DNA of 64,000 bases from sequence record NC_048016.1; one strand, 5' to 3'. Positions 1 to 9,652 of this stretch are shown here, piece by piece. Each line of letters begins with the position of its first letter. The first letter of the stretch is position 1. The position numbers and the translations under genes were made by a program. Below the pieces are notes generated by a model. That model was not told the DNA's origin. It made no database searches and was given only the letters and a program-made list of their open reading frames with translations.

Positions 1-194
1 CTGGCGACAGTTGGTTAGTCTACCGCAGCCCGATAAACTACAACCTCAAAGAGGCCACGGTGGTTTATAACGGAAAGAACAGCGCAGACTTACCGACCAA
101 TCCGTCAGTTGATAACGTCTTGGTTATCGAACTGTCTTTGTATTGCCTCAACCTTGGCGGACGTTTGTATCTCCACTACAACGACCCTGACTAA
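1..194 (+). CDS. 3' end of a virion structural protein paralog (partial)
   Basis: Frame from nt 3 is open to TAA at 192-194 and reads ...YNLKEATVVYNG...VLVIELSLYCLNLGGRLYLHYNDPD, the same C-terminal motif as the next four ORFs. Confidence 0.8.
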   Translation, partial: GDSWLVYRSPINYNLKEATVVYNGKNSADLPTNPSVDNVLVIELSLYCLNLGGRLYLHYNDPD

Positions 195-214
195 TCCCGA
201 TAAAGGAAGTTAGA

Positions 215-1141
215 ATGAAACCTTTAAACAAAACCTCCGACCTCTTGGTTCTGGACTTCATTAACGAAAAGAACGTCGATGCGGATTTGGAACTCTCCAA
301 AGTCCTGCTGGGGACCCCAGTGGTCAACGACGGCGATGACTCAGCTGACCGTAACACCAAAATGGTGGTAACGGCACGTAAGAACTCTGGTCTGGTCGGT
401 ACGCAGGGCGTGACCTATTCCCGTCTGGCCGGCGAAGCGCTGTTCCGTAACGTGACCGCGTACATCGATGTGAAAACACCGAAGACCACCGCTGACCTGC
501 TGGATAAGCTGAATGCCCAATACGGCCTGAAGCTGACCGTGGACGACATCGTGCCAGCGAACATCCCGGACAACACCAACCCACCGGTGACTGACCCGGA
601 TGCACCAGACCCAGCGCCGGTTGATCACACCCTGACCTTCAAAGATGACTGCTACGCGTTCCTTGGCACCATCCCACTGAAAATCGGTGCGAAGCCACAG
701 GTCGGTGAGCGTCTGTCTCTGGTTATCACCCAAACCCAGCTCGACGGTCTGCAGTATCCGGATGAGAAGTCTGATACCAAAGGTCAGGCGTACATCTACT
801 CGTACGGTATCGACGCTACCCCAATTGCGGCCTTCCTGAAAGCGCAAGCAGTGGCGACACTGGCTGATGACTCTGCGTTCGCGACCGAGCTGAACAAAGT
901 GGTGCCTGAGCTGTGGGTTGATAAAGAGACCGCAGAAGACTACAACCTGCACAGTGCGGCAGTGACCTACAACGGCCCAACCGTTAACCAAGTGCCTGAT
1001 CCAAACAGCACCACGGGTGGCACGATTGACCAACCGGTCGAAGGTGCGAACACGGACTTCAACAGCATCCTGAAACTGGAACTGTCTGATACCCTGTGCT
1101 CTAACTTCCAAGGTGAGCTGTTCCTGCACTATAACGCCTAA
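215..1141 (+). CDS. putative virion structural (tail/baseplate-associated) protein, paralog family
   Basis: 308 aa; N-terminal ...NTK..V.A...G..G...V.Y.RL domain and C-terminal G.L.LHYN motif shared with neighbours; RBS-like AAGGAAG. Confidence 0.7.
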   Translation: MKPLNKTSDLLVLDFINEKNVDADLELSKVLLGTPVVNDGDDSADRNTKMVVTARKNSGLVGTQGVTYSRLAGEALFRNVTAYIDVKTPKTTADLLDKLNAQYGLKLTVDDIVPANIPDNTNPPVTDPDAPDPAPVDHTLTFKDDCYAFLGTIPLKIGAKPQVGERLSLVITQTQLDGLQYPDEKSDTKGQAYIYSYGIDATPIAAFLKAQAVATLADDSAFATELNKVVPELWVDKETAEDYNLHSAAVTYNGPTVNQVPDPNSTTGGTIDQPVEGANTDFNSILKLELSDTLCSNFQGELFLHYNA

Positions 1142-1151
1142 TAGGTGTCTG

Positions 1152-1194
1152 ACTAGGGGGAGGGATTCCTCCTCCTAGTTTACCCTTCTTTTTT
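1152..1194 (+). terminator. rho-independent terminator
   Basis: ACTAGGGGGAGG-GATT-CCTCCTCCTAGT stem followed by a T-rich tract. Confidence 0.75.
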
Positions 1195-1215
1195 AGACCT
1201 GCCGAGGAGGCTATT

Positions 1216-2052
1216 ATGGCGTTATATAGTCTGTCTCAGCGACAGTATTTGTACAACGCGATTAACGCGGAGAGTCCCGGCGCGATTGCACCGATGGGGC
1301 TGGACAATGCCTTGATTGGCACACCGAAGGCGATTCCAGCAACGGCCAGTGGTGCCAATACCGAGATTACCGTACGCGGTCGTCAAGGTCGTGGCTACGT
1401 TGGGGCACAAACCTTCCGCTATAAACGTCTGTCGCTGAACGACTTGTTCAAAAACATGACCCCGACGATCAACGCACCCGATGCGTACGGTCCCCTGTAC
1501 ACCGATGCGAAGAAACTCGCGTTCGCACAGAACCTCAATGGTCGTTACGGGCTGAATCTGGTGAAGGAAGACATTCCTGACCAGTACGTGTATTTGAACG
1601 TCAGCAACACCTTACAGGTAAAAGCAACCTGTATCCAGTACACCGGTTCGATTACGTTCATGTCCATCAAAGGCAAGAACAATCTCGAGGACTTGGTGGT
1701 TAACGACATTCTGGATGAACTGCACCACCCGTCCGATGTCAGTCTTGGGAAACTGTCAGCGTCGCTGCTCAGCTACGGCCACGACTTTACCAATGAACCG
1801 CAGGTGATGATGAACATGACCAACGGTCGACTCGACGTTGGGGTGAACGACACCTCGGGGGCCACGGCGAATCTGATGGCGGTGCTGGTAAATCACGGAT
1901 TGCCGGCGTTTGACACCACCGGGGCCTCCATCAAGCGTATGTTACCGACCGCGGATAAGCGGGGTAACACGATGTACGATAACCTGCTGGTGATAACCGG
2001 CGTGAATGACATCCATGTTGACGGCGACTGGCTGCTGCATTACAACAATTAG
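1216..2052 (+). CDS. putative virion structural protein, paralog family
   Basis: 278 aa; RBS GAGGAGG; same N-terminal domain and terminal WLLHYNN. Confidence 0.7.
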   Translation: MALYSLSQRQYLYNAINAESPGAIAPMGLDNALIGTPKAIPATASGANTEITVRGRQGRGYVGAQTFRYKRLSLNDLFKNMTPTINAPDAYGPLYTDAKKLAFAQNLNGRYGLNLVKEDIPDQYVYLNVSNTLQVKATCIQYTGSITFMSIKGKNNLEDLVVNDILDELHHPSDVSLGKLSASLLSYGHDFTNEPQVMMNMTNGRLDVGVNDTSGATANLMAVLVNHGLPAFDTTGASIKRMLPTADKRGNTMYDNLLVITGVNDIHVDGDWLLHYNN

Positions 2053-2063
2053 GAATAACGCGA

Positions 2064-2951
2064 ATGGCAATCTATCAAGATTCAGCGACGGTGCTATTGG
2101 CAGCAATCAACAGCGCCAACTCGCTCACCATCAAAGCCACGGACTTTGTCTACAGTGCCCCGAAAGATATTCGTGGAACGGATAAAGGCGACAGTACGGG
2201 CAAAAACACCCAGATTAAAATCACCGCGGACGGTGTGGCTGGGTCAGCATGGTCTGGTAAGAAAAGTGTCTGCTATAACCGCCTGCGGATTGAAGACATC
2301 GCGGTGCTGTTGGGTAACACCTTAGCCATTGGGCCGAGCAACGACACCCTGTTTGCCGCCTTGGTGGGTTTAAACCAGCGCTACGGGTTTGTGTTTGCAC
2401 AGTCAGATTTGGTCGATGCACAAATCGAGTGGAACTCGGAGAAGACCAGCGGGAAAGTGCTGGTAAGGGCGAACGCATCTTCCATCGGCTGGATTGGTCA
2501 ATACCAGTTCAACGTGGTGAAAGGTGATGAGACCTTGGTGTCCTCGGTAACGACGACGGTACTGACCGGTCTGAAGTACCCGAACGGCCAGATGGGCTCC
2601 GAGTCGGTTACGGCGACGATGGCTCAAGTCTACTCTTACCCGTTCAACTTCTCAGCGTATCGCGACCAGTTGTTAGCCTTCCAGAAAGGCGTGTTGACCG
2701 GTACACCGCTGACCGACATGACCAACATCCTGAAAGCCATCACAGGCAACCCATGGGTGGCAACCAGCGCTTCCGCTTGGGGTCTGGCTGGGGCAGAAGT
2801 GCTCAGCACCGGTCTGAACGATGCGGTTACTCTGCCGACCAACAGCAAGTACAAATACGTGCTGGCGCTCAAACTCCCTGCCACGACGACGCACATTGCC
2901 GGTACGATGTATCTGCAGTTCAACGACGTGGACGACCCGAACGAGGTGTAA
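2064..2951 (+). CDS. putative virion structural protein, paralog family
   Basis: 295 aa; NTQIKITA...YNRL N-terminal domain, LKYP motif, terminal GTMYLQFND. Confidence 0.7.
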   Translation: MAIYQDSATVLLAAINSANSLTIKATDFVYSAPKDIRGTDKGDSTGKNTQIKITADGVAGSAWSGKKSVCYNRLRIEDIAVLLGNTLAIGPSNDTLFAALVGLNQRYGFVFAQSDLVDAQIEWNSEKTSGKVLVRANASSIGWIGQYQFNVVKGDETLVSSVTTTVLTGLKYPNGQMGSESVTATMAQVYSYPFNFSAYRDQLLAFQKGVLTGTPLTDMTNILKAITGNPWVATSASAWGLAGAEVLSTGLNDAVTLPTNSKYKYVLALKLPATTTHIAGTMYLQFNDVDDPNEV

Positions 2952-2954
2952 TCA

Positions 2955-3782
2955 ATGCTCAACTACGCGAAACCGTCGAACGAACTGGTGTTCGACCTTA
3001 TTAACCGCGACAACCCGGGGCTGCCGATTAAGGCATCCGTCGATAACTGCATTGTTGAGAAACTCACCACGGTCACCGCTAACGCTGCGAACAACTTCCG
3101 TAACACGAAGGCGCGTCTGCGGGGTGTGCAGGGGTCTGGGTTCCGTGACCAAATCACCGTGTACTACGACCGTGTTGATATCGGTCGGCTGTTACCGTGG
3201 TCGAACTCCACCTACGCCCAGTTTGTTACCTTCACGGCACCGAACATCCACAACGCCCTGTCGGTTATCTTCGACATGTACGGCATTAACTTCGGTACCA
3301 TGGACTTGGTTAACAACAGCATGGGTGGGGTGTCAACGCCGAGTTACAACGCCAACGTTTACTTCCAGACGTTGCCTAACTCCCCGGCGTATATCGGCAC
3401 CGTGCTGATGCGTTTCAGTCGCGGTTTACCGGTGTTGGATACCTCGGTAACAGTGGAGGTGATTCCTGCGCTGTCACAACCGGTTGACCCCGCGTTGAAT
3501 AAGAAGTGCGTGGATATGCTGACGTACGGTATCGACTTCACAGCGTATAAAAACCTGTTGACGGTCGATTCCTCAGGTCTGCCACAGTGGGGTGGCTTAC
3601 GTGCCATTCTGGACTCACTGGGTATCCCGGCGTACAGTGCGCCGGTGTCCAGTAACTTGGTGCAGGATGTCCCGACCAGCAGTGCGCAGTTTGCCAACAA
3701 GGACTACGACCGTGTGGTCATCCAAACCGGCATTGACGAAGCCGGTATAAAGGGTAACGCCTACTATCACTACAATAGTTAA
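2955..3782 (+). CDS. putative virion structural protein, paralog family
   Basis: 275 aa; NTKARLRGVQGSGFRDQITVYYDR domain and terminal GNAYYHYNS. Confidence 0.7.
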   Translation: MLNYAKPSNELVFDLINRDNPGLPIKASVDNCIVEKLTTVTANAANNFRNTKARLRGVQGSGFRDQITVYYDRVDIGRLLPWSNSTYAQFVTFTAPNIHNALSVIFDMYGINFGTMDLVNNSMGGVSTPSYNANVYFQTLPNSPAYIGTVLMRFSRGLPVLDTSVTVEVIPALSQPVDPALNKKCVDMLTYGIDFTAYKNLLTVDSSGLPQWGGLRAILDSLGIPAYSAPVSSNLVQDVPTSSAQFANKDYDRVVIQTGIDEAGIKGNAYYHYNS

Positions 3783-3785
3783 CAC

Positions 3786-3812
3786 AAGGCCCTTCGGGGC
3801 CTTTTCTTTTTT
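3786..3812 (+). terminator. rho-independent terminator (UUCG loop)
   Basis: AAGGCCC-TTCG-GGGCCTT followed by a T-run. Confidence 0.85.
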
Positions 3813-3832
3813 GATGGCGGGTAGGAGCCGAT

Positions 3833-5245
3833 ATGCAATTCTATTCGAAGGCAGCATTGCAGCTGGTCTACGATCAGGTGAATCGGGATAACCCCGGGTT
3901 GCCGGCAGTGCTGTCCCCCGATAACGCTGCTATCACGACCGGTCCAACTGCAGTGAGCGTTGGTCAGTTCGGACGTAACACCCGGGCGACGTTCACTGCG
4001 AAACCCGGAACAGGTGTGCAAGGTAATGCGGTTTTGTATTACGACCGTATTGACCTGACATCCATGTTTCCGTTTAACCCCGTGGTGTATTTAAAGTCCA
4101 GCATCACCACCGTGAAAGCCGCACTTCCGTACCTCAACGATGCGCTGGGCATCACCTTATCCGAGTCGGACATCGTCGGGCCAGATACAGCCATCACGCC
4201 CCCCAATGCTACAGTGCGTTCGCTGACACTGACCGTCACTGCGACGTCTCCGGCGTTTTTGGGTAAGCTTACGTTCAGCTACCAGATTAAGTCCTCGGGC
4301 TTTTATCCGAACTCGGGACCGGGACCCAAGAACCTGTTGCAGGGTAACACCGCAATGGGGTATTTCGGGACGGTGGATGCAAAGGACTTGTTCACGCACG
4401 CAGAACTGTCCGCGTTGGCCTTCTTAAAAGGAACGAAGCCGGTGTTGTTGGGCGACACCGAGGGTTGGTATAAGTTTTACTACAATGGCAAGATTATCTA
4501 CTTGCCGATTACACCCCTCGGCAATACGGTGTCGTGGAACACGTTGTACAGTGAAGGACTGGTGTACGGCACAGACGACAACGGCAAGTACCCGGCAGCA
4601 ACGCCTGTCAACCAGAGTCGGATAGTGACCCGTGATTCGGCGAGCGGCGGTCGGTCTTATTTCCGTATTCGCCTGCCGTCGGTAGGGGTTGACCCGATGC
4701 CGGCCGGTACGCCGCCTGATAGCAATATCAGCGGCAGTGAGCTGCAGATGTTTAACTATCTGCGTAACGGCACATGGGCATCACTGACCGGTTCGTGGTG
4801 GACGCAGTGGATGATTACCCAAAACACGGTTAGCACCGCGGTTGCGAATTCCAAAATTGTGACACTGTCGATCCAAAGCTGGACACAGGTACCGAAAACG
4901 GACACCTCTACCGGTTGGTATTGGTTCCCGGTGTTGGAGTTGGTTGATAAGTCCAATACGCTACTGGGTCTGGAGAGTGTGTTTGGAAAAATGGATAGCA
5001 CGCTAACACCAATCGTGTTTGACATTCAGAACAGTCTGCAGGTGCAGCCGTTAGTTCCGGGCATTCCGAAGACCATCGATTTCCTCCCAATCACGTTTGA
5101 TGTCGACCAGTCCTTGGCAGTGAAACCGTTGAACCCGGGCGCACCAAAAACCATTGACTTCCGACCCATTCCGTTCAAGACCGAAATTTACTCGCCAAGC
5201 AAAATTGACCTTGGGTCAACCAGCGGCGAACTTGACGATTTCTAA
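3833..5245 (+). CDS. putative virion/tail protein, cassette gene A1
   Basis: 470 aa; shared N-terminal domain, GPGP..LL.G....GYFG domain, ~26-aa repeat (PKTIDF twice) near the C-terminus; paralog of 7225..8643. Confidence 0.7.
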   Translation: MQFYSKAALQLVYDQVNRDNPGLPAVLSPDNAAITTGPTAVSVGQFGRNTRATFTAKPGTGVQGNAVLYYDRIDLTSMFPFNPVVYLKSSITTVKAALPYLNDALGITLSESDIVGPDTAITPPNATVRSLTLTVTATSPAFLGKLTFSYQIKSSGFYPNSGPGPKNLLQGNTAMGYFGTVDAKDLFTHAELSALAFLKGTKPVLLGDTEGWYKFYYNGKIIYLPITPLGNTVSWNTLYSEGLVYGTDDNGKYPAATPVNQSRIVTRDSASGGRSYFRIRLPSVGVDPMPAGTPPDSNISGSELQMFNYLRNGTWASLTGSWWTQWMITQNTVSTAVANSKIVTLSIQSWTQVPKTDTSTGWYWFPVLELVDKSNTLLGLESVFGKMDSTLTPIVFDIQNSLQVQPLVPGIPKTIDFLPITFDVDQSLAVKPLNPGAPKTIDFRPIPFKTEIYSPSKIDLGSTSGELDDF

Positions 5246-5260
5246 TAGAGGCGTAACCGC

Positions 5261-6262
5261 ATGTCATTTACATTGCGCTGGAGCAATCCCAACACCATCG
5301 CGACGGTGGTTAACATCTATCGCGACACCAAGGACATCTCAGTAGCCGCCCTTCCTGCGCCACTGGCCACACTGAGTAATAATGAAACGTCGTACCGTGA
5401 TAACACGGTCGTTGCAGGACAGACGTATTACTATTTGATGACGGTAACGGCCAACGGTAAAACCGTGGCGACGGCCAGTCAGAAGTACACCGTGGCAGTA
5501 CGTCGGGGCATCGGTCCCAACACGCTTATCACCGGTGATGACCGCTTAGGCTACTACGGGGTGGTGCCACCAGAAGAGCAGTGGTATGGCAATCAATTAC
5601 CCGCAGGGTTTTTGGCCGCGTTTCCCACAGCCTTTGCAGCAACCGATCGTATCCCACTGTTGAAGTTTACCCGCAATGGTAAAATCTTCTACACGCTGGC
5701 CAGCTACTACGCCGGGTGGGCAACGTGGGCAACGCTGTATCAAAACGGCTTGGTGTACGGCACAGGGGATAACGGGCCGGCCAACGGTTACGGTACCCTT
5801 CCGCCAACGTTGCAAGATGCGAAAATCATCTCACAGAACGACACCTACCGGATGCGTCTACCGCGTGGTCTCTCCTCGGCGTCTGCCTCGCCTGTCTTCG
5901 CTTTTAACGACGCGTACAAAGACAAAACGCACGATGAGACTGACCTCATCACGTTCAACGAGTTCAATGACTTGTTGTACCCGCTGGTGATTGATGTGCC
6001 GAACAAGCAGCGCGTGCCGAACGTAATGCAAGCGCAGAGCGGGACACTCGGCTCCCCGGGCAATGCCGCGGGACAAGCGTTTCTCGGCGGGGGGACTATT
6101 TGCATGGAGCACGACAGCGCACAAGACCGTGTGTTGCACCGTGGGCTTTATACCAATGCTGCTGCCACTGTCGTTTCGAATCTGCAAGCAATGCAGCGCA
6201 TCACTTACGTGTCCCCGACACAACAGGGTCGTTATATCCCCCTCTTTGAATTGGTAGAATAA
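5261..6262 (+). CDS. putative virion/tail protein with N-terminal Fn3/Ig-like module, cassette gene B1
   Basis: 333 aa; MSFTLRWSN..VNIYR...Y.D..V..G.TYYY pattern is Fn3-like; paralog of 8663..9652. Confidence 0.65.
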   Translation: MSFTLRWSNPNTIATVVNIYRDTKDISVAALPAPLATLSNNETSYRDNTVVAGQTYYYLMTVTANGKTVATASQKYTVAVRRGIGPNTLITGDDRLGYYGVVPPEEQWYGNQLPAGFLAAFPTAFAATDRIPLLKFTRNGKIFYTLASYYAGWATWATLYQNGLVYGTGDNGPANGYGTLPPTLQDAKIISQNDTYRMRLPRGLSSASASPVFAFNDAYKDKTHDETDLITFNEFNDLLYPLVIDVPNKQRVPNVMQAQSGTLGSPGNAAGQAFLGGGTICMEHDSAQDRVLHRGLYTNAAATVVSNLQAMQRITYVSPTQQGRYIPLFELVE

Positions 6263-6271
6263 GGAGCAGTC

Positions 6272-7213
6272 ATGACCATTCGTTTAAGCTGGCCTTCACA
6301 GGCAAGCAAGGCATTGACGTCCATTGAAATCTACCGCAAGGTGGGGCACAGTGCGACGCTTGACATCAACAACCCAGGCACCCCGACCGCAACGGTTGCA
6401 GGAGACGCGACTCAGTACGTGGAAGACGTGGCGAACCTCACCGAAAAGACCGTTTACACGTATTGGATTGCGGCGGTAAAAGGCACCGAGCGGTTGTTCA
6501 GTGCACCGATTGTTCAAGGTTTCTTCTTGGATACCGGCCCCGGTCCGCAGAAGCTGTTAATGGGCGACTGGTACGCAGGCTACTTTGGGGTTGTCTCAAA
6601 CCAAGAGCTCGCCGCCCGTGAGGACATCATCGGGACTGGGGGCGGATTAACGGCTGCGCAAGCGGCACAGTACAAGTACGCCCAGAACTGGTGGTACAAG
6701 TTCGTCTATAAAGGACGGATTGTGTATTACCCAAATGTTCGAACCGGGTATGCTGCGTACGCAGACACGTATAACGCAGGCATGGCGTACGGCGTTGACG
6801 GTGTGGGACCTATCATTCCTACGGGTGCGAATCCCACTGCTGGGGTTCCACAAACCGCGATGTTCACCAAAAACGGATATAAGTATCGCGTCCGGTTGCC
6901 GTATGGTTTGGATTACAGTGTTAGTGTTGCTTCAACGGACTATGACAACGGCGAGTTTCGTAATACCTTTGCGCGTTTGTTTGCGACCAACACCAGCTAC
7001 ACGGACCCGAAAGACCAAGGGAAGTTTGCCTCACTCGCGCTCCTGTCGAGCGGTACGACAACTACGGAGAATGGGACGACGGCAATGGTGCCCTTGTACA
7101 CCCCGGCAAACGCCTTGTACTGCTACGGCTATAACCCAACGGCCATCACCTACGCGGGCATAAGCGGTCAGACATTCAGCATGTTCTTTGTCCTTGAGTT
7201 GGTCTTACCATAA
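6272..7213 (+). CDS. putative virion/tail protein with N-terminal Fn3/Ig-like module, cassette gene C1
   Basis: 313 aa; MTIRLSWPSQ..IEIYR; ends VLELVLP like 9652..10551. Confidence 0.65.
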   Translation: MTIRLSWPSQASKALTSIEIYRKVGHSATLDINNPGTPTATVAGDATQYVEDVANLTEKTVYTYWIAAVKGTERLFSAPIVQGFFLDTGPGPQKLLMGDWYAGYFGVVSNQELAAREDIIGTGGGLTAAQAAQYKYAQNWWYKFVYKGRIVYYPNVRTGYAAYADTYNAGMAYGVDGVGPIIPTGANPTAGVPQTAMFTKNGYKYRVRLPYGLDYSVSVASTDYDNGEFRNTFARLFATNTSYTDPKDQGKFASLALLSSGTTTTENGTTAMVPLYTPANALYCYGYNPTAITYAGISGQTFSMFFVLELVLP

Positions 7214-7224
7214 CGGAGTGAATC

Positions 7225-8643
7225 ATGGGGTTTTATAATGGAACCGCGATGGAGTTACTCTGCCAACAGGTCATCCGTGACAATCCCAGTATGGCGGGGA
7301 GGCTTACTCCTGACGCTGTCACCGTCAATGGGACAGCGGTTGCCCGTAACAACAACGGGCGCAATACGCAGATCACGTTTGTTGGTATCCCGGGGAAAGG
7401 ATTCTTCGGCGAGTTAACCTTGTCTTACGACCGGATTAACTTACTTAACTTCACCGGGAACCTTTATTTCCCGGTGCAGATGTCCGATGGGGTCACCACC
7501 TACACAGAAGCGTTGCCGGACATTAATGACCAGCTCGGACTGAATCTCACCCGGGCGGATTTGGCCGCCCCGGATACGGTCTTGACGGGTGGGACGGTAG
7601 GCTTCACCAGTATCGATATCGCAATCGCTGCCAGTTCTGCGTTGTACAACGGCACGCTGCGGGTCAACTGGCGACGGACACCGGTGGGCAATTACACGGG
7701 CACCGGGCCGGGTCCTACTATGCTACTGGCAGGCGATGAGCAGTCTGGCTACTTTGGTGTTGTTCCTGCAGCAGAGATGTTTACTGCGCAAGAGCTGGTC
7801 AATGCCATTTTAGAAGGCACTGGACTGAGTGCGAACGTGGGCACGGCCTCGTACGACTGGATGAAGTTCTTCTACAAGGGCAAGGTGTTGTTCATTCCAA
7901 AACGCCCGTTGGTCGGTACTTCGTGGGATAACTACTATAAAGCCGGGTCAGCCTACGGTAGCGACGATCCGAATGGGCCGCTGTATCCGGGCAGTGACGG
8001 TGTGGCAGTCCAGCAAAACAAAATCATTGCAAAGCGCAGTGGGGATAAGTCGTACTACTTCCATCACCGACTGCCGCGTGGTGCAGAAAACATCATCGGT
8101 TCGTCAAGCCTGACCGGGGAAGACTACGGTTTGGTGAGAAAGATACTCGGGGGTGAATGGGGTAACGAGCCGGGCACGACCATTGGTCAGGCGGGCGTCT
8201 ACTACATGTCACAGCACATTGGTAATGCGTCACAGCCACAGCTCTTCTCTATCTACACCATGAAGGGTGAGTATTTCAACTCACAAATCTCCAAAACCCA
8301 GACTTACGGATACGTCCCGGTGTTGGAGTACGTGAACCCAGACGACACCGTGTTACCGGTGAGTGATTTCTCAGGCAAGTACAACATCACGGTGACGCCG
8401 CCGGTTGTGACGTACACCCCGCAGGTGAACGAGCTCAGTCCAATCGTACCGCTCGCAACCCGCACAACCCTGCTGACCCCGCCTGCGACCTCAGTAAGCG
8501 CGGATGACGGGTTAATGCCACTCACACCGCTCGCTGCAGCGACGCCGAAGTTGACCCCCGCGACTGTGACCGCCAGTACCCGGGTGCCGAATGCGAAAAC
8601 CTCGCTTAACACTACCAACGGTGTCCTTGGTGACTTTAAATAA
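7225..8643 (+). CDS. putative virion/tail protein, cassette gene A2
   Basis: 472 aa; colinear similarity to 3833..5245 from start to end. Confidence 0.7.
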   Translation: MGFYNGTAMELLCQQVIRDNPSMAGRLTPDAVTVNGTAVARNNNGRNTQITFVGIPGKGFFGELTLSYDRINLLNFTGNLYFPVQMSDGVTTYTEALPDINDQLGLNLTRADLAAPDTVLTGGTVGFTSIDIAIAASSALYNGTLRVNWRRTPVGNYTGTGPGPTMLLAGDEQSGYFGVVPAAEMFTAQELVNAILEGTGLSANVGTASYDWMKFFYKGKVLFIPKRPLVGTSWDNYYKAGSAYGSDDPNGPLYPGSDGVAVQQNKIIAKRSGDKSYYFHHRLPRGAENIIGSSSLTGEDYGLVRKILGGEWGNEPGTTIGQAGVYYMSQHIGNASQPQLFSIYTMKGEYFNSQISKTQTYGYVPVLEYVNPDDTVLPVSDFSGKYNITVTPPVVTYTPQVNELSPIVPLATRTTLLTPPATSVSADDGLMPLTPLAAATPKLTPATVTASTRVPNAKTSLNTTNGVLGDFK

Positions 8644-8662
8644 TGAATAGGAGAGTCGCGCG

Positions 8663-9652
8663 ATGAACTTTACTTTGCGCTGGCGCAATGACAACACCAA
8701 ACCGGTTGTCGTGCGTATTTACCGCAGCACCACGGTCATCGACCCCACCAAGCTACCGGCCGCAATCGCGACCCTCAGTAACGGGGAGACCGAGTGGGTA
8801 GACAACACTGCACTTTACGGTGTTACCTACTACTACTTCACCACTGTCACTAACCCCGCAACCGGCAAAACGGTGAACGGGGTTAACACGACGTACACGA
8901 TTGAGCAACGGCGTGGCGTGGGACCAAACACCCTGCTGTTCGGCAGTGAAACACTGGGCTTCTACGGGGATGTGATTTATGAAGATCAGTTCCCACTGAG
9001 TGCGTTCCAGCAAAAGGTGCAGGATGCCCTCGCCCTTAACAGCAGCACGTTCTCACCATCCTACCGGTTACCGGTGAGTAAGTATATCCGTAACGGTAAG
9101 ATTCTCTACATCCCGGTCTCGCCGCTCACGACACGTTTAACGTGGGCGCAGCTGTATGCCGCCGGCATGGTGTACGGCCGTGATGACAATGGTCCGGCAA
9201 ATGGGCGTGGGGATTTACCTGCAGCTATTCAGGATGCGGGCTGTACGTGGAAAGGGGACAAATACCGGATTCGTTTGATGCGCGGCTTAACGGATGCGCC
9301 AACAGAACCAGCACTGGCGTTCGATGCGAAATACGACGGTGTGTCCCACGACACATCCGATCTTACCGGCTTCAATGAATTCAACGACCTGTTTTACAGT
9401 GTGCAGAACTTGTTCCCGCTGAAACGCCGGTTGGAGGGTGTGCGTTACGCCAGTCCGCTCACAACAACCAACAGCGCGTATGCTGATGGGTATCTGACGA
9501 TGGAGCACGATACCGCATCTAATAAAGCGTTGTCACGTGGCCAAGTCACCTCGCCAATGACGGCAGATTTACTGACCACGATTCGTTATCGTTTACACAC
9601 CTCAACCGTAACTGCTTGGGTGCCGGTTATTGAATTAGTGGAGGACTACTAA
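8663..9652 (+). CDS. putative virion/tail protein, cassette gene B2
   Basis: 329 aa; MNFTLRWRN; FNEFNDL and MEHD motifs shared with B1. Confidence 0.65.
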   Translation: MNFTLRWRNDNTKPVVVRIYRSTTVIDPTKLPAAIATLSNGETEWVDNTALYGVTYYYFTTVTNPATGKTVNGVNTTYTIEQRRGVGPNTLLFGSETLGFYGDVIYEDQFPLSAFQQKVQDALALNSSTFSPSYRLPVSKYIRNGKILYIPVSPLTTRLTWAQLYAAGMVYGRDDNGPANGRGDLPAAIQDAGCTWKGDKYRIRLMRGLTDAPTEPALAFDAKYDGVSHDTSDLTGFNEFNDLFYSVQNLFPLKRRLEGVRYASPLTTTNSAYADGYLTMEHDTASNKALSRGQVTSPMTADLLTTIRYRLHTSTVTAWVPVIELVEDY

